DNA from: a virus
Length of the DNA: 64,000 nucleotides
Strand: one strand, 5' to 3'
IMG/VR virus record: IMGVR_UViG_3300044716_000427
Coordinates: 7,566-71,565 of that record
Positions within the stretch are counted from its first letter, which is position 1, and every line of letters starts with the position of its first letter. Of this stretch, positions 17,064 to 28,900 are shown in pieces. The position numbers and the translations under genes are program-made. The notes under the pieces were generated by a model that did not search any database, was not told the DNA's origin, and was given only the letters and a program-made list of their open reading frames with translations.

Positions 17064-19408
17064 TTCCAACAACGACGAACAATCGCGGGTTTTGGACGTG
17101 GATCCCTATTGCCACGCAGATCCCACCGAGCATGACCATTCCCGAAAAGGATAAGGAGAATGAGAGTTATCATGCCCTGTGGACCCGCTACTTCTTGTCT
17201 CGTCAGGTTGGCGCATGGATCGAGTACTACCGTGGCAACTACTCTGCCAACATGGACTACGCCATCGACTCCCGCTGGGGAGAGGAGGAGGACATCCGTA
17301 TGTTCTTAGGAGACGGCCCCTCGCAAACAAGCCGCATCCCGTTCAAGTTCCCCATCGTGTCCCCCATGCTGACCCGCATGGTCGGGGCCGTTGACAACAT
17401 CTCCATCTCTGCAAAGGCCGAATCTGCTACGCAACACTTTGCACAAACAAGAAAAGAGAACGCCCTGCAAAAGGTTCTCCTTATGTCAGACATGGCCAAA
17501 ATCGGGCCAGTCTCCGAGGGAATTATGGCAACGCAGGGAGTTCCTGCTGATACGCAGAAAGCGGTTCAGCTTTTTGATATGTCCTATCAGGACCATATCA
17601 TCCGCAGCGCCAACAGCCTTATGTCAATGATAGCCCAGCGCAGCAATCTTGATGACACCAAGAGGGTTGCTGCTTCCTATATGGCTCTTTCTGGCGTGTC
17701 TTCCGCTCATTGCTTTGTCAATGGCAACAACCTTGAGTGGGAGATGTGCGAACCCCGCGAGGTCGGCTGGGACACGTCGGCAATGCGTCCAGACTTTTCG
17801 GACGGTCAGTTCGTGTACAATTGCCCCCTGATGAACGTGTCCAGCATTGCAGAACGCTGGAACCCAATCAAGGACAAGATCTACGCCCTCGACACTTGGT
17901 CGCGTATCCTTCCCGGTGGCTACAACTTCAACGCCGGTTGGCCGCAGTCCCGCCCCCGTGTCTTTACCATGTACTGGAAAGACATGAAGTACGTTGACCG
18001 GGGCTTTGTTGAAATTGATGGAGAGCCTCAATATGTCACTATCAACGAAGAAGACCCGGATACTGGCGAAATTACTTTTACGGACAAGGACCTTGTAGAG
18101 CCACCAGAAAATAGGTACACACGCGCTTGGGACGCTTCGGAGCTTAGGGCTAAGAAGCAGCGCAGGGCCATTGAGGTTATCCGCTACTGTTCCATGATTC
18201 CTTGGGAGTATTTGCCCGGCGGTTACACCAAGGGTCGTCCATATAGCCCCAACGAAGCCCCTCCAGCAGCTCCCCTAAACAGCAACCTTCCGCAGGTGGG
18301 TGTTGTAGGCGACATGGTGTTGGACTACGGAATGTACCCGTTGCAGGAGGCCGACCCTGATGACGTATATTCTGTCAAGTTCCCGATCAAGTTCTCTGCT
18401 TGGCGCTACTTGGGTGGACATGCTGTCGCCCCCATCACCGCCGCTCGCGACCCGCAGCGTTGGATGAACCAAATCACGTCTGACATCGCTTGGAGGATGC
18501 GTAAGGCCGGTGGCAAGAGCGTCCTATTGGCCAAGGAGGCGCTTGACGGCTCCAACATGGACGAGGATGAGCTGAACCACAAGGTCAAGGAGGGGGACAC
18601 CATCGTTGTCCCCGCTGCCATGCTTGGGGGCTTGCAGAACGCCTCTGGTCAAATCGACGCATCGCCCGGAGCCTCTTTTTACAACATGCTTGGCTTGCTC
18701 CCGCAGATTAAGGGCGTTGCAGAGAGCTCAGTCGGCGTGTATGAGAGCAACTACGGCGCCCCTCAGGGGGGAGGACAGCTTGTAGGAACCCTTCAGCTTC
18801 AGCTTCAGCAGGCGGGCGTTATGCAGCAGCCATTCTACGCTGCCATTGCAGACCTGTACAAGCAGATACACCAGTTCAATGCACAGGCGGGCAAGCAGTT
18901 CTATTCCCAGCGACCTTGGCTACTGAGCCAAATGGTTGGAGAGGACGATATGCCGTATGTGATTTCTTCCGAGGATATGCATTTTGAGCAATTTCGCGTA
19001 AAAATTTCCTTGTCCCCCGACGGCGCACAGCTTCGCGCCATCACCGATCAGCAGCTTATCCCGCAACTTATGCAGATGGGTATGCTTGATCCGACAACCT
19101 CGGCGCAGCTCATGGGTCGCTCTTTGCCGGATGATGTTTACGCTGCGGCCCGTCAGTTCACCAAGCAGGCGGCTGCTGCTGCTCAACAGCAGATGGAAGA
19201 GCAGCAAATGGCAATGGCGGCACAGCAAGTTTCGCAAGAAGAACAAATGCTTGATCAACAAGAAATGGATTTGGCAAAACAAGAATCCAGTCAAGAAGTC
19301 AAGATGGCTCAATTGCAACAAAAGGCAGAGCAACCAGCGCGTCAGGCAGAAAGCGAGTGGATGAAGCCTGATGCTGCCCTTGGCGCAACTGCTTCACCCG
19401 GTCTATAG
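17060..19408 (+). CDS. Portal protein
   Basis: 782 aa, position, ARDPQRWMNQ helix, Q/E-rich C-terminal barrel typical of podoviral portals. Confidence 0.82.
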   Translation: MIPTTTNNRGFWTWIPIATQIPPSMTIPEKDKENESYHALWTRYFLSRQVGAWIEYYRGNYSANMDYAIDSRWGEEEDIRMFLGDGPSQTSRIPFKFPIVSPMLTRMVGAVDNISISAKAESATQHFAQTRKENALQKVLLMSDMAKIGPVSEGIMATQGVPADTQKAVQLFDMSYQDHIIRSANSLMSMIAQRSNLDDTKRVAASYMALSGVSSAHCFVNGNNLEWEMCEPREVGWDTSAMRPDFSDGQFVYNCPLMNVSSIAERWNPIKDKIYALDTWSRILPGGYNFNAGWPQSRPRVFTMYWKDMKYVDRGFVEIDGEPQYVTINEEDPDTGEITFTDKDLVEPPENRYTRAWDASELRAKKQRRAIEVIRYCSMIPWEYLPGGYTKGRPYSPNEAPPAAPLNSNLPQVGVVGDMVLDYGMYPLQEADPDDVYSVKFPIKFSAWRYLGGHAVAPITAARDPQRWMNQITSDIAWRMRKAGGKSVLLAKEALDGSNMDEDELNHKVKEGDTIVVPAAMLGGLQNASGQIDASPGASFYNMLGLLPQIKGVAESSVGVYESNYGAPQGGGQLVGTLQLQLQQAGVMQQPFYAAIADLYKQIHQFNAQAGKQFYSQRPWLLSQMVGEDDMPYVISSEDMHFEQFRVKISLSPDGAQLRAITDQQLIPQLMQMGMLDPTTSAQLMGRSLPDDVYAAARQFTKQAAAAAQQQMEEQQMAMAAQQVSQEEQMLDQQEMDLAKQESSQEVKMAQLQQKAEQPARQAESEWMKPDAALGATASPGL

Positions 19409-19452
19409 GCGCTGAAAAACAAAAACTACAAACACAACATATCTTTGCAAGC

Positions 19453-20619
19453 ATGACTGAAACGACTGACACCCAAAGCCTTAGCGGTGACGCCTTGGCC
19501 CAAATCCTCGGCCCTACGTTGGCCGAGCGAAAGGAATCATATCCCAAGCCCGCTGAACCTGCGCCTGCGGTTGAGCAAAATTCCCAAACCTCTCCTGCTG
19601 TTGCCGAGGTTGAAAAACCCGCTCCAGTAGAGGCTTCCAAGCAATCAGAGCCTGCTGCTCCCGTTGTAAATTCCAGTGGTAATTCCCAACCTACGGACCC
19701 CTATGCAACGCTGCTGAATGACGTGCTTGGCGAACAAAAGCCAGCAGCTATCCAGTGGAGCGACGAGGCGAAGAATTTGTTCAAGCAGACCTACGGAGTT
19801 GATGACCCCGTTGCGTTCAAGGCTGAGATTGATCAGAAGATCGCACAGGCCGATTTGATTAAAAAACAGTACGAAGAGGTTGCCCCGCTCAAGGAAAGCC
19901 TTGACAAGCTACCCCCTTCGATGTACCGCGCACTTCAGCTTGCCTTTGAGGGCAGGGTCGAAGATGCTCAGAACTACATCAAGGAGCTTCCCAAGGTGGC
20001 CCTTGAGAACAAGGAGAGCAAGGACCTTGACGACCGCATCCTTATCGACACCTACCTGCCCGGCAAGATCAAGCCAGAGCAGTGGGCCGCACTGACCGAC
20101 CCGGAGGCTGACGAGGAGATCGTGGATGCCATCGAGGGACGCATCGCCATCCTTCGCGATACCGCTGGCGAGATGCACGACAAGCATCGTAATGAGGCAA
20201 TCGCTCAGGTTGCACAGCAGCGCGAGGCCGAGAAGCAAGCATTTGAGAACTACCAAAACGGTCTGGCGACCAGTATTGCCAGTGCCAAAAACTCTTCCCT
20301 TCGTCTTTTTGTCGATGACAATGTCGTCAACGACATGAAGACGGGTGGATTCCTTGGACAGTTTGTTCAACAGGATGGTGTCACCCCAACGCCGCAAGCA
20401 ACGACCCTGTATCTGAAGGCGCTTCACTTCGATTCCGCAGTGAAGGCAGCAGACGCAAGAGGATTTGAGCGAGGCAGGCAGGAGGCACTCCTAGAGGCAA
20501 CCTCTCGTCAGCCTACGATGTCCAGAATGGCTAACCGAGACGGAGGCGATCAGCCTCGGCCAACCACCGAGCAGGACGCAATTAACCAGATCCTGTTGAA
20601 AGCCCAGCTCACCATCTAA
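19453..20619 (+). CDS. Putative scaffolding protein
   Basis: Acidic, P/E/A-rich N-terminus, helical; between portal and capsid. Confidence 0.65.
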   Translation: MTETTDTQSLSGDALAQILGPTLAERKESYPKPAEPAPAVEQNSQTSPAVAEVEKPAPVEASKQSEPAAPVVNSSGNSQPTDPYATLLNDVLGEQKPAAIQWSDEAKNLFKQTYGVDDPVAFKAEIDQKIAQADLIKKQYEEVAPLKESLDKLPPSMYRALQLAFEGRVEDAQNYIKELPKVALENKESKDLDDRILIDTYLPGKIKPEQWAALTDPEADEEIVDAIEGRIAILRDTAGEMHDKHRNEAIAQVAQQREAEKQAFENYQNGLATSIASAKNSSLRLFVDDNVVNDMKTGGFLGQFVQQDGVTPTPQATTLYLKALHFDSAVKAADARGFERGRQEALLEATSRQPTMSRMANRDGGDQPRPTTEQDAINQILLKAQLTI

Positions 20620-20641
20620 CATTTAACACCAACAAAAACAA

Positions 20642-21979
20642 ATGTCACTTCAGTCCTATACCCAGAATGTGAACAACGCGCCCTTTGGCCTAGCCAATAC
20701 CAACGCGCCCGGTTCGCCCTATGCCGCTGCCTACGGTCGCGGTGTAACGTCTCACCTGATGCTGCCCGTTGCGCCGATCATCTTCGACGCGCAACCCCAG
20801 CAGTTCCTTGACCTTCAGTACCTGATGGCCTTCACCACCGAGGAGGCCCCCGGTGACGAGATCATGTGGCACGAGAACGTGTGGAGCCGTAGCCCCATCG
20901 TGACCGCATCGACCGCAGGCGGTGGTGATATTAGCGCCGTTGCCGCCACTCCCGGCGCTACTGTAACCGACACTTTTGTCGTTACCCCCGACTCCCTGAA
21001 CTACGTTTACGTTGGTCAGAAGATTCACTATACCGATGACACCGGCGTTCCTAACCAAGTAATCGTGTCGAACGTAAACACCGGAACCGGTGCCGTTACT
21101 GTTACCTCGATGGTTGGTGTTGGTATTGGCGCTCTCGTTGCAGGCAACGGTGCCAACCTGACCAACGGCATGACCGCCGGTGGTGATGGCTTCCAGACCT
21201 TCAGCAATCCTGTGCGTACCAAGACCATCCGCCGCACCAACCTCATCGAAAAGGTTGGCCCAGAGCAGATGATCTGGAACCGTCTGGAGCGCATGAAGTG
21301 GAAGAACCAAGCGCAGACCAACTTCATGGAGGTTGACATGCGTAACCTTCTGACCCAACTGAAGGTTTCCATGTGCCAGCGTATTTGGCTGGGCCAATAT
21401 GGCGAGGGTCGCGTTAGCTACACCAACGGCGGCGAGACGGCAATTGCCAAGTTCACCGAAGGTATCGTGCCTAGCATCATCAACAACGGCGGTGCCCTGT
21501 TGAACAGCACGATGTCCACCGTATGGGACGACATGACCACGGGTATCTTCCAGACCAACTTCGGTCCAGTCACCAACGAGCGCGTCATCTTCGGAACCCC
21601 CGAAATGCTCCACGCTTTGAACCTCAAGCAGAAGGCTGAGTTCGTGCGTTACAGCGCAGGTGACAAGATCTGGGATCTGGACTTTGAAGAGTGGCGCTTT
21701 GGTGGTCAGAAGATCACCCTCGTGCCCACGCAGATCTGGAACGACGCGGCCAGCTTCCCCGAGGAGTACGCCCGCCGTCTGGTGGTGCTCCAGAAGAGCA
21801 GCGTGAAACTCGTGACCATGCGTGGCGTGGCCATGATCAGCCAAGAGGCCAAGGTGTCGCAGAGCCGTACCAACACCACTCCGTTTGAGATCTACGATTT
21901 CGAGCGTTACACGGTGGAGGGCATGGTTGGCACCAAGGTGCAGAATGCCGCACAGAACTTTATTATCGACGTGGCCTAA
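20642..21979 (+). CDS. Major capsid protein
   Basis: 445 aa, strongly biased codons, A-rich leader, followed by a terminator; position after scaffold. Confidence 0.82.
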   Translation: MSLQSYTQNVNNAPFGLANTNAPGSPYAAAYGRGVTSHLMLPVAPIIFDAQPQQFLDLQYLMAFTTEEAPGDEIMWHENVWSRSPIVTASTAGGGDISAVAATPGATVTDTFVVTPDSLNYVYVGQKIHYTDDTGVPNQVIVSNVNTGTGAVTVTSMVGVGIGALVAGNGANLTNGMTAGGDGFQTFSNPVRTKTIRRTNLIEKVGPEQMIWNRLERMKWKNQAQTNFMEVDMRNLLTQLKVSMCQRIWLGQYGEGRVSYTNGGETAIAKFTEGIVPSIINNGGALLNSTMSTVWDDMTTGIFQTNFGPVTNERVIFGTPEMLHALNLKQKAEFVRYSAGDKIWDLDFEEWRFGGQKITLVPTQIWNDAASFPEEYARRLVVLQKSSVKLVTMRGVAMISQEAKVSQSRTNTTPFEIYDFERYTVEGMVGTKVQNAAQNFIIDVA

Positions 21980-22000
21980 TCGCCAACAACCCTAAAGCTA

Positions 22001-22030
22001 GACCCCCGGCAGCGATGTCGGGGGTTTTTG
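22001..22030 (+). terminator. Rho-independent terminator after MCP
   Basis: acccccggca-gcga-tgtcgggggt followed by a T run. Confidence 0.85.
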
Positions 22031-22061
22031 CTTACATTTGCTGAAACAAATACCATGCACC

Positions 22062-22853
22062 ATGGCTAACGCTGAAACTGCGCTCAAGGCGCGAATTGCA
22101 AAACTGAAAAAGAAGGCAGACGATCTTGGAGTGTTTTACCAAGACGATGTGGATGAGCAGACACTGAGGACCGCCATCGAAGAGGCCAAGCAGTACACCT
22201 CCGAACCTGCCAACGACGCACCCAGCCAAGCCATGGAGATCGGCAAGGTCATCGCCCAAGAAATGGGCAAGGCCATGCGTCAGGTGGTACGAGACCCCGA
22301 GGAGGATGGTCTGGTTGACGAGCGCGACCTTGACCCAGAGGACGTGACCGAGGAGAAGAGCTACTTCACCCCGCAGTTCTTTTGGATCGTCCCAGCCAAG
22401 CGCATCGGCGGTCAGCTTGTGAAGGCCCCATACAAGAAGATGATCTTCAAGATGAGCCAAGGCGACGCTACCCGAAACGGAGACCAGTGGCAGACCCGCT
22501 ACATCAGCGTGTACGTCACCAACTCCAAGAAGGAGCAGGCGTTCTTGGAGACACACCCCATGTTCAACCGGGTGTTCTTCTCCAACACCACCGACGCAAA
22601 CATCTCCTCCGATCAGGTGGTCTTCGCACAGAAGTTCTCCAAGCACGTTCAGAACCTGAACATGCGTATGGCCCCCGAGCTTTACCGCATGGCCGCACAG
22701 AGCGGCGTGAAGGTGGACAGCAAGATGTCGCTGCCGACCCTCCGCACCAACATCGCAAACGTGCTTGCACAGCGCGAGGTGGAGGCGGACAAGGCCCGCA
22801 TGCACTCCCTGCTCACTTCCTCTGGTCGGGCATCACTTCTTACCCAAGAGTAA
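22062..22853 (+). CDS. Head-module protein of unknown function
   Basis: Start MANAET at 22062; TACATTTG at 22033. Confidence 0.75.
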   Translation: MANAETALKARIAKLKKKADDLGVFYQDDVDEQTLRTAIEEAKQYTSEPANDAPSQAMEIGKVIAQEMGKAMRQVVRDPEEDGLVDERDLDPEDVTEEKSYFTPQFFWIVPAKRIGGQLVKAPYKKMIFKMSQGDATRNGDQWQTRYISVYVTNSKKEQAFLETHPMFNRVFFSNTTDANISSDQVVFAQKFSKHVQNLNMRMAPELYRMAAQSGVKVDSKMSLPTLRTNIANVLAQREVEADKARMHSLLTSSGRASLLTQE

Positions 22854-22856
22854 CCA

Positions 22857-23648
22857 ATGATAACGTACACTGAACTGAAGGGGGTCATGGCAGCAAACCT
22901 CGACGCAGAGGGAAGCGACCGATACCTTGACGTTCAGGACTACGTTCCAGCGATCAACTCTGCCATTTCCCGTGCAATGACAGCCGTTGGCTGGGCCATG
23001 GCTAACAGGAAGGGCAGCGAGGAGGCGCTACGCGACCTCACCTATGTGAGGATATTCCAAACCAATTCGGAGGGCGGGGTTGCAATCAGTAACCCCGCCA
23101 TCCTAAACCTATTGGGACACTCCATCTGGAACGTCCTTGGGGTTTATGCCCAGCCCGATACGGTGCCGCCAGATGCCTCACCCACCGCCCAGCCGGATAA
23201 CGTGTCGCTGTATCGCCCCGATGTGGCGTGGAGTGGCTCGGGTAGCCCCGTGGAGCGCGTGACCCTTGAGGAGGTTCCCGTGCTTCGCAACAACGCATTC
23301 CTGAGCGGAAACGAGGTGCTTGCCAGCGCCCCCAAGAGGAGGACCTTTGCATACTACATCGTTGGCAACGCATCCTCCAACAACTACAACAGTGGCATTG
23401 GTGAGATAAGGGTGCTACCAAAAAGCGTAACCAGTAACTCCCTTGTGGCGATCAGCTACTTGTCACAGCCAACGGAACTGGACGCCAACAACTACCTTAA
23501 CGCGACAATCGAATTTCCGCAGAGCATGAAGCGGACACTGGCCAACTGGGCGTTGCAGTACATTTCTTGGAAGCAGGGGGATGGAACCAACCTGCAAATG
23601 AATGCCATGAAGGACGCTCAGGAACTGTTCCAGCTTACGGTAAACTGA
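22857..23648 (+). CDS. Putative head-tail adaptor/ring protein 1
   Basis: ~260 aa with a C-terminal EFPQSMKRTLANWA helix typical of ring proteins. Confidence 0.6.
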   Translation: MITYTELKGVMAANLDAEGSDRYLDVQDYVPAINSAISRAMTAVGWAMANRKGSEEALRDLTYVRIFQTNSEGGVAISNPAILNLLGHSIWNVLGVYAQPDTVPPDASPTAQPDNVSLYRPDVAWSGSGSPVERVTLEEVPVLRNNAFLSGNEVLASAPKRRTFAYYIVGNASSNNYNSGIGEIRVLPKSVTSNSLVAISYLSQPTELDANNYLNATIEFPQSMKRTLANWALQYISWKQGDGTNLQMNAMKDAQELFQLTVN

Positions 23649-23663
23649 GTATCTTTGTGAACG

Positions 23664-24428
23664 ATGCCCACCTACGACCAGATCACGGACGACATTATGG
23701 TGGCCATGGGTTATACCCATGACGACTCCCTTCGCAATAAGGAGGCGGTACTTTACAACGTAAAGCTTGGCGTAGACAAGCTCAAAAGCCAGCAGCTTCA
23801 GAAGAACAAGGATGTGGGGGACTATCGCCGAAACAGCGACATGGTCTCCACGTTCATTGTCCCCATCACCCACAACGACGTTGAGGACAATGTGATCACG
23901 GACTTTGACGCAAGCTTCTTCGACCTGCCAACGAGCATCTACTCGCTGGACCACGACGGCGGGGTTAGCTTCGTCCGTTATCTACGCAACGAGATTCCAT
24001 TCGGCTGTCCTCCTGCGGTGGCCCTGACCCCGTTCACGGGTGCCACGCTGGCATCCATGCACACGTTCTACCAGAGCGCCTATCAGCGCCCCCAGAGTAA
24101 TCGCCCGTACTTTGCCCGCGCAAGGGCCAAGACTGGTGACACATACAGGGACCGGGTGTATCTGTTCGGCGTATCCACGGAGATCGAGCATCTGCTTGTT
24201 GGCCTGTACGCCGCACCGGACTACACGGAGATCGACCCTGACGAGGAGATCGGACTGCCCCCTCACCTTCTGATGGCCCTCAAGCAGATGGTCATCGACC
24301 TTGAGCGTTGGGCGCTTCAAATCCCGCAGGAGCGATTGAAGAACGATGGCAGAGACTTTGAGCCTAATCAAATTGTTCGTACCGAGCGTCAGATGTCGCT
24401 TAATAACCCCATTCAGCTTGACAATTGA
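23664..24428 (+). CDS. Putative ring protein 2
   Basis: Similar size and layout (N-terminal helix, DLPT, C-terminal LPPHLL helix). Confidence 0.6.
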   Translation: MPTYDQITDDIMVAMGYTHDDSLRNKEAVLYNVKLGVDKLKSQQLQKNKDVGDYRRNSDMVSTFIVPITHNDVEDNVITDFDASFFDLPTSIYSLDHDGGVSFVRYLRNEIPFGCPPAVALTPFTGATLASMHTFYQSAYQRPQSNRPYFARARAKTGDTYRDRVYLFGVSTEIEHLLVGLYAAPDYTEIDPDEEIGLPPHLLMALKQMVIDLERWALQIPQERLKNDGRDFEPNQIVRTERQMSLNNPIQLDN

Positions 24429-24462
24429 TGTCAATGTCGCCAACTAACCACACAGAACTCTA

Positions 24463-25212
24463 ATGCCACTGGGTAATGCGACATTTGACATGGGTGAGAT
24501 CCTCACCGCAGCCTCGCAGGAGTTGCGCGACCCTGAGTTTGGTCGCCTTGGCAAGCCATTCTACGTCTCCGCCTGTCAGCGTGGGCTGACGGAGATGAAC
24601 TCCCACACTAACTTTTACAAGAAGACATGGCAATCGAGCATACCGGAGAACCTGATCTTGGAGCTACCACAGGACCTGACGGAGGCGGACGGGATCTACC
24701 TGTTCAGCGGGAGCGACTGCAACATCCAGACCTCGACCATCCTGTTCATCAAGCCCAATATGTGGCACCAAGGCGGGGAAGGGTATATAGCCAACAACAA
24801 GGGGAAGAACCGGGACGAACTTCAGTGGTCGCTGAAGTGGAACGAGGCACCCCCCAATCACATCTACTTCGCAGGCTTACGCGGCGGTAATCTGTATATG
24901 TCCCCCTCTTGCAGGACCTTTGAGAAGGTGCACGTCGCATACACGGGATTGGGGATGGAATGCTTCGGGGATGACTTCCGCATCCCGCACTGGTGTCGCG
25001 AGGCCATCACAGACTTCGTCATCCACCGCGCTGCATTGGCTATGGAGCGAGAGGACCCACAATTCCTTGCACGGGTCATCCAACGCAAGGAGAACGAACT
25101 GAAGTCACCCAGCGGCTCTTGGTACACTGCCATTGGCCGCTACAAGCGCCTTGACAAGAAGGGCCGCTACGACACCACTGCGTACAACTTCCGCTTCGGC
25201 CACTTCCCATAA
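24463..25212 (+). CDS. Putative ring protein 3
   Basis: LELPQD...RIPHWCREAITDFV pattern. Confidence 0.6.
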   Translation: MPLGNATFDMGEILTAASQELRDPEFGRLGKPFYVSACQRGLTEMNSHTNFYKKTWQSSIPENLILELPQDLTEADGIYLFSGSDCNIQTSTILFIKPNMWHQGGEGYIANNKGKNRDELQWSLKWNEAPPNHIYFAGLRGGNLYMSPSCRTFEKVHVAYTGLGMECFGDDFRIPHWCREAITDFVIHRAALAMEREDPQFLARVIQRKENELKSPSGSWYTAIGRYKRLDKKGRYDTTAYNFRFGHFP

Positions 25213-25225
25213 TCATCATCGCGCT

Positions 25226-25915
25226 ATGAATAAGGCAGAGTCTGAGGGCAACACGCGAACCGCTCCCTATCAGTCTAGGGACTTGAAAGATTATGCGTAC
25301 CGGACGCAAATGTATGCCGATAGCCTTATTATGCACAATTACTACGCACGGCAAGCTAGTCTAATGCGTAGGGACCCGTCAAGGTGGATGAAAGAGTCTG
25401 CTGCGGTCACCGGCCTAATTAAAGATCCTGCTGTTGATGCTGCCGCTACTAGGCTTCAAAGGGCCGGAAGCAAACATTGGGAGGGCGGTCCACTATTAGA
25501 AGGTATATTCAGGACGGATAATGGCATTATTTACATGGGTCAGCCAACTAGTAGGTATCCAACACAAAAAGTTCTGCCTCCCATTGAAGGTGGTCCTACT
25601 AACAGGGCAACACCAGTATATTCAGCACCAACACAACCTGTATCATACAAAAAACTAAACCCCGTCCCTCGAGAAACCCTCCAGCGCATAGAGCCTCGCA
25701 TTCCAATTCCTCCGTCGTCTTTTGCAAGAACACCAATTTCTGTTCCCCAGCCCAGTTATACTCGCCCTAGCTATAGATTTACACCGGGGTTTGTAGACCC
25801 CCGCGTTGCTGCCTCGGCTAGACAATCAGCCGCTGATGGAGAATTGTTAACTCGTGAGCAATTAGAATATAGAAATAGAGTAATGAGAAGGCAAGCAACT
25901 CCAATGACATTCTAA
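25226..25915 (+). CDS. Pro/Arg-rich hypothetical protein inserted in the tail module
   Basis: ATG 25226; more T/A-ending codons than its neighbours. Confidence 0.6.
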   Translation: MNKAESEGNTRTAPYQSRDLKDYAYRTQMYADSLIMHNYYARQASLMRRDPSRWMKESAAVTGLIKDPAVDAAATRLQRAGSKHWEGGPLLEGIFRTDNGIIYMGQPTSRYPTQKVLPPIEGGPTNRATPVYSAPTQPVSYKKLNPVPRETLQRIEPRIPIPPSSFARTPISVPQPSYTRPSYRFTPGFVDPRVAASARQSAADGELLTREQLEYRNRVMRRQATPMTF

Positions 25916-25916
25916 A

Positions 25917-28900
25917 ATGCCAAAACTCCTTCACTTCCCTTGGCTGCGTAGGCTGCTGAACAAGGGCGTCAATACTGACGTCCTCCCAGAGCTCATGCCC
26001 GAGGGTACCGCAAGGGAGGCCATCAACGTCCGCCCCGGCTCCATCACTGGCAATGCCGGTGGCGCGGAGGCTATCAAGGGGGAGGATGTTGTGTACACGG
26101 TGCCCGTTGAGCAGCCGGACCCCACTGGATACGTACTCATCGGTAGCTGTACGTGCAACAACCGTCTTGTGGAATTTTGGGCAAGTGAGAGCTTTGACTT
26201 TGCATCTAGCACATTCGTTCCAATCGTTCGCGTTGATGGCGTCGTTGTGGCCCAGAGCCGCAACATCCCATACGTGTGGAATCGCCCACTGCAAATCGCT
26301 GTGGCGGATGACTTCTTTGGCACATCCATCTCTGCGAATGAAGACGCCAATGGCGTTGTAACGGGTCGTGGCGTAGTTTACCCCGCCGACCACAACTCTG
26401 CCCCACTATACTGGGACATCAGCCAGCTTTTAGCGTTTGCCCAGTCCACCCCGCAGAACCCTGCATACTTTGGCGACAACTACCAAGTTGGATTCAACTC
26501 CGTTGGGCTGTTCAATACCCCAGAGTTTCCCATACACACAAGGAACTTGGAGGTTGCCATCGGACTACCCGTTGGTCAGTATCAGTACGCCCTTCGCTAC
26601 GTAACCCCCGCTGGAGACAGGACCAACATTGGCCCTTGGACCCCGCTAATTACCGTCCCATTAAATCAGTCTGAAATTCGTCCTTGGGAGCAATCTCATT
26701 ACCCAGCAGCAACAACAGTCGGAGGGGTTCCCGAGCAGCCGTCTCCGTATGGCGTTGAAATTAGGTATAGGGTTGACAACATATATGGCTTTTCTGGTAT
26801 TGAGGTTGTACGCAAAAAATATAACACCGCAGACAATATTGGCACTACGGAGGTTGTTAGCATTACCCAAATACAGCCAAATGAAAACTCTGTAATTACG
26901 TTTATTGACCCATCTGATGCTATTTCAGACCCAATAGCGGTTCCGGACGATGAGGCCAACATCAAAATAATTGCTGTAAATAAACCAAAGTCTGTTGAGT
27001 ATTCAGACCGCCGTATTACGTATGCAAACTTTGAAACATTTCCAAAGATTGCAGCCGATGTAGAGTTTATTGAGCGCGACGGAAGGACCATCTTTCCTGT
27101 AACGCAGGGCGTATGTACTCGGTGGTTTGACCCCGACTACAATCCCAATGGTCCGAACCCAAGGGAGAATGAAAGCAACTACACGTATTGGAACGACGGG
27201 TACTCTGACCCAGTAAACAACACCTACCTAAAGAGCTTCATGCGCGGTGAGCGTTATGGCATTGGGGTGATGTTCTGGAACCAGTACACCGAGCAAAGCT
27301 TTGTAAGAGAGGTTCCTCTTGGCTCTGCTTCAGTTACCAATGAAGGATACCAATTCCCCAACAGGAGGGATAAGCGACTTGGAAGAAGCTTCGTTTATAG
27401 CGGTGGATATCAAGGGGTAAGCAATCTAAGCACCGTTCAGGCATCAAATGATTTGACCGGAACTCCCGGCGGAGTTGTGTTCCCGACATTTGAGGCGTTC
27501 TCTCAGGGGAGCGTAAGGAAAAACCGCCCTACTGGAGGCGGCAACGGCCAGCCTTGGAGTGGCTTCGGAGATATAAACAGGCTTATTTTTGACGGGTCAA
27601 CATTTAGTCCATTTGGACCAACTAATCCGGTTGTCAATCCAACTCCAGCCAATAATCAAACGCGCTTATCTCAGTCGCCAAATCGTTTTGGATACACAAC
27701 TGCTGTCGAAAACTCGGGGTCTTATCCTACTATTTCATGGTCCCCGGAATCGGCATACCAAGTTGGCACTGCCTCTGGCCAACAACCACTGACTGGTAAC
27801 ATTTGGGCGCCTCGGCATTATGCACTTGGCGGAATGATTGAGGGGGTTTCTAATATACCTAGCAATACTACCGTTATGTCTGTTATGCGAACAGCCCCTG
27901 CTGGTCGCGTAGTGGCTCAGGGGATTGCTTGCTGGAGAGTTGGTCAAACTGGCAACACGCCAACTAGTTCTGAAAGCTACACAAAAGACCGGAACAGGCT
28001 AAGTGTCCTTATTCCAGATTTTAAGAATGCGGTTGTTAGTCAATCTATTATTGACTTGTTTGAAACAAACCCAAGTTCATTTGGGATTCAGTTTGTAAGC
28101 CCTCTTGGCTTTTACACGGAGCAATACTCCGGAGCTACTCGACTTGGAGGTTTGAGAATTATTCAAAGCGGAGCATCTGATTTTTTGTCTTATGCCGGAG
28201 TACAATGGGACAATGGGCAAGTGGTAAACAATGGTCTTGAGACTGATGCTTACACGGTTCCAAGCTCTGACGCTCAGTATGTTGGGTACGGCGCATGGAG
28301 AAGCGACGCTGGAATAGCTTCAAACGTATGGTCCTCTGAAGGCGGGAATCGAGTTTTTAGCATATCTAATGTTGAATCAATTACAGAAAACCAGTTCACA
28401 AAATGGGATATTACAATAAGTGAAGATATTTACAATTATCAACTTGCTGGTTCAGGAACATCCGTAACGTCCAATTCCTCTTCAGTAAAAAATTGGCATG
28501 AGCCATGGTATGTTGTAAACATCGTCATAGACGAGGCGGTCATTCCAAATGACTCAATTGATAAATACGTTGAGACCGGCTATCACATTAAGACCGAATC
28601 TTGCATTGGTATAACGCCTTCTCAAAACCAGCAAGATGGCATCTATCAGGATTTCCCTCTTCTTAACGAGAGGCGGGGCGATGTTTACGCCAGTTATTCT
28701 TCTGTAATTCAAGCATACCCATCATCTTCCCCCGGGGATGCCGAGCATAACCGATATGTGTATGTGGACAATGGCTTGGGGGTGAAGCCATGGCTTTGCG
28801 TAACGGACAACTTTTACGCAAACGTCAATGCTCTGGGCATTCTTGCCGCACTCTCTACGGACGGATTTTTTACTATGCCGGACGGGGTTGTTATTTATGG

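Noticed and set aside
20690-21844. 384-aa minus-strand ORF (and similar long antisense ORFs over terL, portal and ejection genes)
   Set aside because: Shadows of strongly codon-biased genes; V/L/H/G-rich non-protein-like composition
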